Shown here: piece after piece, positions 1 through 7,637 of the stretch | How the letters are laid out: every line of letters begins with the position of its first letter | Numbering within the stretch: position 1 is the stretch's first letter | Assembly (NCBI GenBank): GCA_965198005.1 | Contig: CBDAOI010000001.1 | Coordinates: forward strand, 64,001-128,000 | From: Spirochaetia bacterium | GTDB taxonomy: Bacteria > Spirochaetota > Spirochaetia > SZUA-6 > Bin103 | Direction of reading: 5' to 3' | Length of the DNA: 64,000 bases | Program-made: the position numbers and the translations under genes | Notes under the pieces: model-generated | Database searches by the model: none | The model's input: the letters and a program-made list of their open reading frames with translations, nothing else | Told to the model about the DNA's origin: nothing

Positions 1-23
1 TGGCGGTGACGCAACCGGTGCGT

Positions 24-66
24 GTGCGCCAGGCTAACTGGCATATGACAAAGGGTGGAAGTCCCT
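24..66 (+). mobile_element. possible 5' end fragment of a group II intron RNA
   Basis: GTGCG start, hairpin GCCAG-GCTAA-CTGGC, then AGGGTGGAAGTCCCT, like group II domain I starts; no further intron sequence follows. Confidence 0.4.
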
Positions 67-67
67 G

Positions 68-228
68 GGGTCCCCGACCCCCTGCATCGCCGCTTCAAGC
101 TGCTGTGTGCCACCCGCGGTCTGTGGATGTGCGCGGAGGTCATTCGCCCGATCGAGCGGGAACTCGCCATGGTCGACGATCTCGAGGCCGCTCTGCGTGC
201 GGTGCTCGGCCAAGCGTCGGCGCCGCCT
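68..228 (+). pseudogene. ribbon-helix-helix (Arc/ParG/FitA-like) protein fragment
   Basis: GVPDPLHRRFKLLCATRGLWMCAEVIRPIERELA; similar inverted copy at ~63655-63783. Confidence 0.5.
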
Positions 229-270
229 CGAGAGGACCTCGGCAGTTGGGCCGGCTGGGCCGATTCGTGG

Positions 271-299
271 TTGACGTTCACGGGGGCGGAGGTTATGAT
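271..299 (+). promoter_or_regulatory. sigma70-like promoter
   Basis: TTGACG-17 nt-TATGAT; ATG at 307 lies inside an imperfect palindrome (GATGCAGTC..GACTACATC). Confidence 0.5.
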
Positions 300-430
300 A
301 GGGTGGATGCAGTCAATCGCGACATCGCGACTACATCTGGGTATGGCTGTGCCTCACCTGCGGAGGGCTTGAGTGACCTATAACACGTCAACGCTTATGA
401 CACTCTGTTCCCCTGACAGCCGCTCGCCGA

Positions 431-652
431 GAATTGCTGAAAATCAGCTCGCGGCGGGCTTGCTTAATGGTGAGGAGCCCCCCCCCCCCCACACACACAC
501 ACACTTTTCGCAACCGAGAAACAACTAACCGCTCCGGCTGATCGCGCCCCCGCGCACGCCATCGCCTTCAGCACCGGGGTAGCGGCCGGCTACCACCGCA
601 ACGGTCCTGGATCCCCGCCCCCCAACTCACCGTCACAGAACCGACCGCCGGC
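431..652 (+). repeat. dispersed 'head' repeat with C13 and (AC)7 tracts
   Basis: 478-652 matches ~13012-13180; 431-550 matches the reverse complement of ~63420-63538. Confidence 0.85.
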
Positions 653-674
653 GTGCGCGGGAGTTCATGGGCAC

Positions 675-783
675 CTGCAACCGCGCACGCATCGTCTGCC
701 TGAGCACCGTGAACCGTCCGTTACTCCCCTTCGTCCCGCAGATGTGCGTGAACCCGAGGAAGTCGAAGGTCTCGGGCTTGCCC
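675..783 (-). pseudogene. group II intron RT/maturase fragment (post-YADD region)
   Basis: GKPETFDFLGFTHICGTKGSNGRFTVLRQTMRARLQ. Confidence 0.8.
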
Positions 784-966
784 TGACCTCAGCACCCCGA
801 AGTAATTGCCTTTCGCGGCTCGATACCCGGCCCCCACGTACCCCTGTCAACGCTTCACCCCCGCTCTTGCGAGCGACGGCGCATGACTCGGGGCCGTCGT
901 GGGTCGCTGGCCCTTCGACGTGTGACTCTTTCATTCACAACAACCTTGCCGGTTTTGCCGGCGCAC
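784..966 (-). mobile_element. group II intron 5' RNA segment, internally deleted
   Basis: Minus strand begins GTGCGCCGGCAAAACCGGC at 966 and joins directly to the RT fragment. Confidence 0.75.
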
Positions 967-1133
967 AGGAGGTGCAAAATGATACTCAAAGAACCGCACG
1001 CGCGCGCGGCGTGAGCCCGGGTGAACCCGCTGAGTCACACGCCGCGCGCTTGAGGAATTTGACTCAGACTGGCCGTCCGCGTTGCGGGCCCGAGAGTAGC
1101 CAGGGAGCGGCAATCCGCTCCGGAATACTCTCG
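967..1133 (+). promoter_or_regulatory. type-A leader: SD + 11-aa uORF (979-1014) + hairpins
   Basis: AGGAGGTG, MILKEPHARAA*, 12-bp stem 1002-1013/1038-1049, CGAGAGTA..TACTCTCG stem; conserved at 13356-13542. Confidence 0.6.
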
Positions 1134-1157
1134 AAAAATCTACATGCGGAGAAGCGT

Positions 1158-2960
1158 ATGAATATTGCAATTATTAGAATGACCTTCTTGGTTGCGTTGG
1201 TCCTGGTCCTGACCGCAACCGGCCTCTGGGCCGCTGGCGCAGACGAAGAGGGGTCGGCAGCGGCCGCCGACAAGAAGTATGTGACCGACCCCGTCACCGG
1301 CAAGGTGGTAGTGGCGCCAGAGTATGGCGGGACATTAACCTACGGCCGCAGATTTGGGTGGGGGACGAATACTGACCCCTATTTCGGCTGGGTCGACATG
1401 AACATCTCGGGCGTCAATGAGAAGATGGGTATCGGCGACTGGGGACTAAACAGGGACGAATATGACTTCAATTCGGGCCCGCTCCCCGTGTCCGCCGTAA
1501 CAGGGAGGCTGGCTGAAGGCTGGGATATTTCTCCCGACGGCCTCACCTATACCTTCAACATCCGAGAGGGCGTTAACTGGCATGATAAGCCGCCGGTGAA
1601 CGGTCGGGAACTGACTGCCCATGATGTCGAATACAACTATAACCGTATGTTGGGCCTGGGCGACTTCACCGACGCCGGACCTAGCCCCTTTGGTAGCGCC
1701 GCCGCACTCACCTCCATACCATTCGAATCGATAACGGCCACCGACAATCGCACGGTTGTCATGAAGCTGAAGGAGCCACACCTCCCTGCGCTGGGGCTTA
1801 TCCTCACCGACTACTTTGTTTACATAATGCCCCCCGAGGTAATCGAGCAACAAGGCGACATTAGGGATTGGACGGACCTCGTCGGCACCGGACCCTTTAT
1901 GCTGACTGAGTTTGTCGATGAGAGCTATATAACCTGGACCAAGAATCCTGACTACTGGAAGTTCGACGAAAAATACCCGCAGAACCGACTGCCCTACGTT
2001 GACGAGTTAACGTTACTGGTTATTCCAGAGGAAGCAACATTTATGGCGGGACTACGCTCAGGCGCGATTGATATCAGAGGCCCGGCAGGGGGATGGGCTA
2101 CTTCTCTCGACCAGGTAGAGAGCATCCAGCGGACCAACCCCGAAGTAGTGCTGCACACGCAATTTTTCCGCGCGAGTGATGCTTTTGCTACTAACGTGGA
2201 CAAGCCGCCCTTTAGCGACATCCGGGTGCGCAAGGCAATGCAGATGGCACTGGACCTCGAGACCATTAACAATACCTTCTATAAGGGTTATGCAGAGACG
2301 ACACCTCAAGGTCTGGTAGGGGTGAAAGGGTATTTCATCCCATTTGAAGAGTGGCCCGAAGAGGTCAAGAAGGGCTATATGTATGACCCGGAAGCTGCCG
2401 AGAAGCTCCTTGATGAGGCTGGATATCCGCGCGGCGCGGATGGCATTAGATTCAAGACCTCCCACATGATACACCCGGCAGGCAACAGCTTGGACTTTAC
2501 AGAAATAGTTGCCTCCTACTGGGCTGAGATTGGCGTCGATGTTGAGATTGATGTAGCCATCAGCGCCGAATGGACCGAGAGGCTGCGTACTTATGAAGGC
2601 ATCGTCAGCGGCATTTCTGGCACCATTTATGCCCCTCTCATGGTCGTAGGCTGGTATCACTCGGACACCCACAACATGAACCGCGCCCGATCCCAGTGGC
2701 CTGAGTTGGACGCCATGGTTGAAGCCGCCCAAGCGGCGACGACCATTGAAGATATGCAGCGGCTGATTGCAGAGGCAGATATGTACGCGATGGAGAATCA
2801 CTGGCTGGGATGGACTCCCAAACTTCCAGTATGGTGGTTGCTCCAGCCGTGGGTCATAGGCTATAGCGGTGAAGCAATGTACCTGGCACCTAACGAGGCG
2901 AATGACATCCTCGCCCGCCTCTGGATTGATAATGACCTGAAGGAAGCAATGGGGCATTAG
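1158..2960 (+). CDS. ABC substrate-binding protein family 5 (DppA/OppA-like), unit 1
   Basis: Signal peptide, APEYGG, LAEGW, WHDKPPVNGRELTA, GTGPF, DIRVRKA; GGAGA SD before ATG 1158. Confidence 0.95.
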   Translation: MNIAIIRMTFLVALVLVLTATGLWAAGADEEGSAAAADKKYVTDPVTGKVVVAPEYGGTLTYGRRFGWGTNTDPYFGWVDMNISGVNEKMGIGDWGLNRDEYDFNSGPLPVSAVTGRLAEGWDISPDGLTYTFNIREGVNWHDKPPVNGRELTAHDVEYNYNRMLGLGDFTDAGPSPFGSAAALTSIPFESITATDNRTVVMKLKEPHLPALGLILTDYFVYIMPPEVIEQQGDIRDWTDLVGTGPFMLTEFVDESYITWTKNPDYWKFDEKYPQNRLPYVDELTLLVIPEEATFMAGLRSGAIDIRGPAGGWATSLDQVESIQRTNPEVVLHTQFFRASDAFATNVDKPPFSDIRVRKAMQMALDLETINNTFYKGYAETTPQGLVGVKGYFIPFEEWPEEVKKGYMYDPEAAEKLLDEAGYPRGADGIRFKTSHMIHPAGNSLDFTEIVASYWAEIGVDVEIDVAISAEWTERLRTYEGIVSGISGTIYAPLMVVGWYHSDTHNMNRARSQWPELDAMVEAAQAATTIEDMQRLIAEADMYAMENHWLGWTPKLPVWWLLQPWVIGYSGEAMYLAPNEANDILARLWIDNDLKEAMGH

Positions 2961-2992
2961 GAGTTTCACAGCTTTTGCTGAGTTCAGGGAAG

Positions 2993-3028
2993 AAGGGAGC
3001 TGGGGGGCTTGAGTCTCCCGGCTCCCTT
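2993..3028 (+). terminator. intercistronic stem-loop after SBP
   Basis: AAGGGAGC...GCTCCCTT; related hairpin at ~15579-15616. Confidence 0.55.
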
Positions 3029-3062
3029 ACTTATGGGGGAATAAACGCGATGAGGTGGTGAC

Positions 3063-4064
3063 ATGAGAACCTATATTGTCAGGCGGTTATTGCTGATGAT
3101 CCCCACCTTGTTTGTATTGACCATCCTGGTGTTTCTCTCGGTGCGTTTCATCCCCGGCGACGTAATAGACGTAATGTTGGGTAAGGATGAATTCATCGGT
3201 CGTGAAATAGACCGTGAAGCTCTTGAGCATATGCTGGGATTGGACGTGCCTGTGCACGTGCAGTATGGACGCTGGATAGGAGTGTTGCCGACCCCTGACT
3301 GGCTTACCGGTGAGTCCCACTTTACAGGTCTCCTCGAGGGCAACCTCGGCCACTCACTGATTAGCGGCCAGGGGCCGGTCAAGGAGAAGATACTAGCTAG
3401 ACTGCCAGTCACCATTGAGCTCGGTGTCATGGCAATCGTAATCGGGCTCTTGATAGCGCTGCCCGTCGGCATCTACTCGGCGATTCGCCAGGATACCCCC
3501 GCCGACTACCTGGGGCGCTCCATCGCCATCCTCGGTCTGGCAACGCCTAACTTTTGGTTGGGTATTATGGTCATGATCTACCCGGTAATCTGGTGGGGCT
3601 GGTCGCCACCGATGAAGCTTATTCCTTTCACGGAAGACCCGCTGGCGAATCTCGGGATTCTCATCATTCCCAGCGTGATTCTGGGGACCTACCTTGCTGC
3701 AGCCACCATGCGGATGACGCGCACGATGATGCTGGAGGTGCTCAGGCAGGACTATATCAGGACGGCCTGGTCCAAGGGTCTCAATGAGAGGATAGTCGTT
3801 CTGAGACACGCCGTCAAGAATGCACTCATCCCGGTAGTTACTTTGATAGGCATGCAGTTGCCTATCCTGGTAGGTGGCTCCGTTATCATGGAGAACATAT
3901 TTAACCTGCCAGGGCTAGGTCGTCTCATGGTGACTGCACTGGAAGCCAGAGACTACCCGGTGATCTCCGGAGTAAACCTGGTTTTCGGCACCGCGGTTTT
4001 GGGAACAAATCTAATGATCGACATGATCTATCCTTATTTGGACCCCAGGGTCCGTTATAGGTAA
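3063..4064 (+). CDS. ABC permease, DppB/OppB-like, unit 1
   Basis: MRTYIVRRLL, EAA loop LEVLRQDYIRTAWSKG, C-terminal LDPRVRY. Confidence 0.95.
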   Translation: MRTYIVRRLLLMIPTLFVLTILVFLSVRFIPGDVIDVMLGKDEFIGREIDREALEHMLGLDVPVHVQYGRWIGVLPTPDWLTGESHFTGLLEGNLGHSLISGQGPVKEKILARLPVTIELGVMAIVIGLLIALPVGIYSAIRQDTPADYLGRSIAILGLATPNFWLGIMVMIYPVIWWGWSPPMKLIPFTEDPLANLGILIIPSVILGTYLAAATMRMTRTMMLEVLRQDYIRTAWSKGLNERIVVLRHAVKNALIPVVTLIGMQLPILVGGSVIMENIFNLPGLGRLMVTALEARDYPVISGVNLVFGTAVLGTNLMIDMIYPYLDPRVRYR

Positions 4065-4084
4065 AGGGGGGGGGAACCAGGAAT

Positions 4085-5017
4085 ATGAACGACTCCATAG
4101 GGATACCATCAGTAGAAATTGCGCCAAAGAGACGCTCACGGCTGGCTGATTCCTTTATCGGGCTGGTCAAGAAGAAGCCACTGGGTACTGCCGGCGGGAT
4201 TATCATATTGATATTCATTTTCGTCGCCATCTTTGCCGATGTTCTGGCTCCTTATCCATATAGTGAAATACACCTGACAGACAGGTTTCAGGGCGCATCA
4301 GCCCGGTATCTGCTGGGTACCGACCAGTTGGGGCGAGACTTCCTGAGCCGCCTTATCTACGGGGCTCGTCTTTCGTTAAGTGTCGGTATGGCCGCTACCA
4401 CTCTGCACGTTGTGGTGGCTGTCCTGATAGGCGGCATTTCAGGATTCTTTGGTGGTAAACTGGACTTGGGTGTGCAGAGATTTGTCGATGCCTGGATGGC
4501 TTTCCCGGGACTGCTCCTGTTGTTAACCATAATGTCCATAGCGGGACGGGGTCTGTTACAGATAATACTGGTGCTGGGGATAGCAGGGGGCATCGGCGGC
4601 TCAAGAGTAGTCAGAGGCGCCGTGATCGATGTGAAGGAGAACGCGTATTTCCAGGCAGTGGAAGTGATTGGCGCCTCGAAGTGGAGAATCTTCATCCGGC
4701 ATGTCCTGCCCAATATCATGGCTCCCGTTATTATCATATTCAGCATCACCGTCGGGGGGGTGATTATGTCTGAGGCCTCTCTGAGCTTCCTCGGATTCGG
4801 TCTGCCACCCAAGGTTCCTAGCTGGGGAGGTCTGCTCAGCCGGGAAGGACGTCAGTACATGGAGATGGCCCCATGGCTGGCTCTCTGGCCTGGTCTTTGC
4901 CTGACCATCACCGTCTTCAGTCTAAACATGTTCGGCGACGCCATGAGGGACCTGCTCGACCCGCGGCTCATCGGTGGTGCGGGGCGTCCGGGTGCGCAAG
5001 AGGCCAGATCGGTCTAG
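4085..5017 (+). CDS. ABC permease, DppC/OppC-like, unit 1
   Basis: LGTDQLGRD, RHVLPN, SLSFLGFG, GDAMRDLLDPR. Confidence 0.95.
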   Translation: MNDSIGIPSVEIAPKRRSRLADSFIGLVKKKPLGTAGGIIILIFIFVAIFADVLAPYPYSEIHLTDRFQGASARYLLGTDQLGRDFLSRLIYGARLSLSVGMAATTLHVVVAVLIGGISGFFGGKLDLGVQRFVDAWMAFPGLLLLLTIMSIAGRGLLQIILVLGIAGGIGGSRVVRGAVIDVKENAYFQAVEVIGASKWRIFIRHVLPNIMAPVIIIFSITVGGVIMSEASLSFLGFGLPPKVPSWGGLLSREGRQYMEMAPWLALWPGLCLTITVFSLNMFGDAMRDLLDPRLIGGAGRPGAQEARSV

Positions 5018-5170
5018 GCGAGTTGACGTACCGCATGCGGCTCCCAGTCGGGATCCGCGCCTGCGGCGGCGCAGGTGGCCACGCGCGTACGCCTGGGAAC
5101 GCGGCTACCCTACTCACCGATGTGCGACCGCCACCCACGCGGGTTCACGCCGGATGCACGGTGACCTCCC
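5018..5170 (+). repeat. conserved 3' flank of type-A units
   Basis: Matches ~17613-17768. Confidence 0.8.
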
Positions 5171-5275
5171 GTGGCGCCATCCCTGGCGCCCGGAACGCGC
5201 CCGAGGTCGACGAGCGCCGGGCTGGGTATGGGCGTGACCTGGCCGGTCAGCTCAAGGCGGCGCCTGGCATCGTAG

Positions 5276-5543
5276 TGTCTGCGCATCATCGGCCCCCCCC
5301 ACGATGCACGGTTGGTGCGTGCACACAACGAACCACGTGAGGAGGGTCAGAATGGCCAGGAGGACATCGACGATGGAACTACAGGATATCGTCCGACGAC
5401 TGAGAATGGGGCAGTCGATCAAGGCGATCAAGCGTGAGACCGGCAAGCACCGGCGCGTGATCCGCAGGCTGCTGCTGCTCGCCGAGCAGGAGGGGTGGCT
5501 GGATGAGCAGCATGAGGTGCCGTCCGAGCAGCAACTCCAGGAG
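5276..5543 (+). mobile_element. IS21-family relic (left end + IstA N-terminal HTH)
   Basis: TGTCTGCGCA end, GAGGAGG SD, MARRTSTMELQDIVRRLRMGQSIKAIKRETGKHRRVIRR. Confidence 0.7.
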
Positions 5544-5604
5544 GTCGCGTTGCTGATCGGCGGCACCACCCGCTATCGCCCGATCAGCCACGGGAGAGTT
5601 CGCT

Positions 5605-6090
5605 CTATCGTGCAAGGATCGCCTCGAGGTTGGCGTGGTCCACGAGCATGGTACGCTGGATCGTCGCCCCGGCGGGGGGTCGGGTGTCAATCTCGACCTT
5701 GATCGAGAGCTTCTGCTGCTGATGACCGGACAGACCGGCGTCCGCCAGGAGAGAGGCGGTGCGAATCCAGGCGACGTGCACCGGCGTGCGGTCGATCCAT
5801 CGAATCGTACTGTCGAATCCGGCGAGATGGAGGTCTCGCTTGAGCTTGCGCAGCCAGCCTACCGGATCGTACGCCGCGGGGGAGCGTTGCGAAAAATCGA
5901 GGTCCTCCGAGAAGCGCGGCAGGTCCTCAAGAAAGCGCAGCGCCGTCCCGCCGACAAACGCCAGCGCGCGCGCAGCTTCGCTCTCGTGCAGCGACCGCAT
6001 GATGAACGCCTGGAGGTACTCGCGCAGAGCGTTGAGCCTGCGTACCGGATCATCGTAACCCCGCGCAATTGCGAGCGCGCGCTCTTTCAC
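5605..6090 (-). pseudogene. AbiEii-type nucleotidyltransferase toxin, apparently internally deleted
   Basis: LAFVGGTALR..RFSEDLDF motif; only 161 aa, with no K..A..R..RD.YD C-terminal motif. Confidence 0.75.
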
Positions 6091-6728
6091 AGTTCCACAC
6101 CCGCCGGTTCCTGCGCAGCACAACACTCCCGCCACGCCTCGACGGCGCGCATGATCCTGGGTCTGGCCACCCGTTGCGTGTAGGCGTGCAAGCGATCGGA
6201 GTCGACCACCGCGCTCTGCTGAAACCGCATCTCCATCATCCTTGGGCGATCCCACTCTCCGGGGGTCAGGTGAAACAGGTCGAGGAGCGCTTTCTCCGGT
6301 GTGGCGATGAACACCTCGGCGCCGGCGATCGTCACCGCGTGGTAGCCAAAGAACAAAGTTCGCTTGAGGTTGGTGTAATGGAACGCCCCGAAGGGATTCT
6401 CGAACCGCCGCGGGGCGCGGGTGGTTACGCTGGTGTATTCCGCCACGGCTTCCGGAATCAATCCGTAGAACCCGAGCGCCCAGAGTCCGCTCAGATAGGA
6501 GGGGGAATACAGCGCGTTGGCCAGGGTGGCCGACGACACGGGCACGCGCCGATAGCGCTCGGCGAGGGTGTACATGCCACGGCGCAGCGGCACCAGCTTG
6601 CCCGCCCGGCTCCACCGGTGGAGCTGACTGACGAGGCTGGGATGAGACTCCTCCGTAAGTTGCACGACCGTGGCCAGATCGAAGTAGGGCATCTTGCCAA
6701 GGATATCGACGGCAGCGTCAAGGCGCAT
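6087..6728 (-). CDS. AbiEi-type antitoxin/transcription regulator
   Basis: LRRGMY, PSYLSGLWALGFYGLIPE, ATPEKALLD; overlaps the toxin start. Confidence 0.85.
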   Translation of the reverse strand: MRLDAAVDILGKMPYFDLATVVQLTEESHPSLVSQLHRWSRAGKLVPLRRGMYTLAERYRRVPVSSATLANALYSPSYLSGLWALGFYGLIPEAVAEYTSVTTRAPRRFENPFGAFHYTNLKRTLFFGYHAVTIAGAEVFIATPEKALLDLFHLTPGEWDRPRMMEMRFQQSAVVDSDRLHAYTQRVARPRIMRAVEAWRECCAAQEPAGVEL

Positions 6729-6741
6729 AGTCTTATTGATG

Positions 6742-6770
6742 ATAATAGACATCAATGTCTATTAAGTCAA
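6742..6770 (-). promoter_or_regulatory. abiE promoter with palindromic operator
   Basis: TTGACT-17-TATTAT; perfect inverted repeat TAATAGACAT-CA-ATGTCTATTA at 6743-6764. Confidence 0.8.
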
Positions 6771-6811
6771 TCGAAGGTCTCGCGAGCTGCGCGAGTCGGC
6801 CGTGCCGGCCA

Positions 6812-7156
6812 TACCGAGCGACCCCGGTACGGCGAGTCAACATCGACAAGCCGGACGGGGGCACACGACCGCTGGGGGTGGCCGCGCTGGAGGACAAGAT
6901 CGTCCAGAAGGCCGTCGTGGACGTGATCCTGACTCCGATCTATGAGGAGGAATTTCTCGGGATCAGCTATGGGTTTCGACCGGGGCGCGGGGCACACGAT
7001 GCGTTGGACGCACTGGCCTACGCCATCGAACGGCGCGAAGTGAACTGGATATTGGACGCGGACATCCGCGCCTACTTCGACTCGATCTCGCGGGACTGGT
7101 TGATCAGATTCCTGGAGCATCGGATTGGAGACCGGCGCGTGTTGCGGCTGATCGTC
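6812..7156 (+). pseudogene. group II intron reverse transcriptase fragment (N-terminal RT blocks)
   Basis: VRRVNIDKPDGGTRPLG, SYGFRPGRGAHDALDAL, WILDADIRAYFD; no YADD. Confidence 0.9.
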
Positions 7157-7262
7157 ATGCTCGCCTTTGAAGGAGCCCTTGCGGAGGTTCGGCGGCCGCT
7201 GCGCTGCCAGGATGTCGAGCTTGTTGGCTGGATCGACCCGCAGGTACAGTTCGGTCGATCCG
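7157..7262 (-). pseudogene. tyrosine recombinase C-terminal fragment (RIT-element-like)
   Basis: STELYLRVDPANKLDILAAQRPPNLRKGSFKG resembles RitC C-termini. Confidence 0.5.
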
Positions 7263-7278
7263 CGACGGACAGTCGCGG

Positions 7279-7390
7279 TCAGAGGCGGCCGACGCTGCCG
7301 CGCAGCCGGGGGTCGAGCAGGTCGCGCAGCGCGTCGCCGAACATGTTGATGCTGTAGACCACAATGGTCAGGCACAGGCCCGGCCAGATC
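7279..7390 (-). pseudogene. orphan dppC 3' end
   Basis: IWPGLCLTIVVYSINMFGDALRDLLDPRLRGSVGRL*. Confidence 0.9.
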
Positions 7391-7637
7391 GTCAACGGCG
7401 GCGACCATGCCGCGCTGGGGCGGCACGCGGAGGCGCAAGGTCCGCGCTGCCCGGCGGGCCAGGAAGTCCGCAACCATCGAGAGCTGCTCAATCGCGATCA
7501 GCTTCTCGCGCAACGGGAGCGCGCGGTCACCACGACCACTGTAGCATGCTGCGCGGTTGCGGTCGCCGCCGCTGGATCTGCTCCGGGGGCTGGCGGCATA
7601 GTTGACTTTTTGCATTTCCATTGCATAATCACCAGCA

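Noticed and set aside
665-934. ORF MKESHVEGPATHDGPESC as a protein
   Set aside because: It is a translation of group II intron RNA sequence.
1070-1133. Known riboswitch (glycine, guanidine-I, SAM, cobalamin) in the leaders
   Set aside because: Only isolated short words match; the core consensus elements are not in order. An Rfam scan is needed.
744-1157. N-terminal extensions of the SBP ORFs (also starts at 18965 and 25127)
   Set aside because: They run through intron or leader DNA; SD and signal peptide place the starts at 1158, 19076 and 25238.
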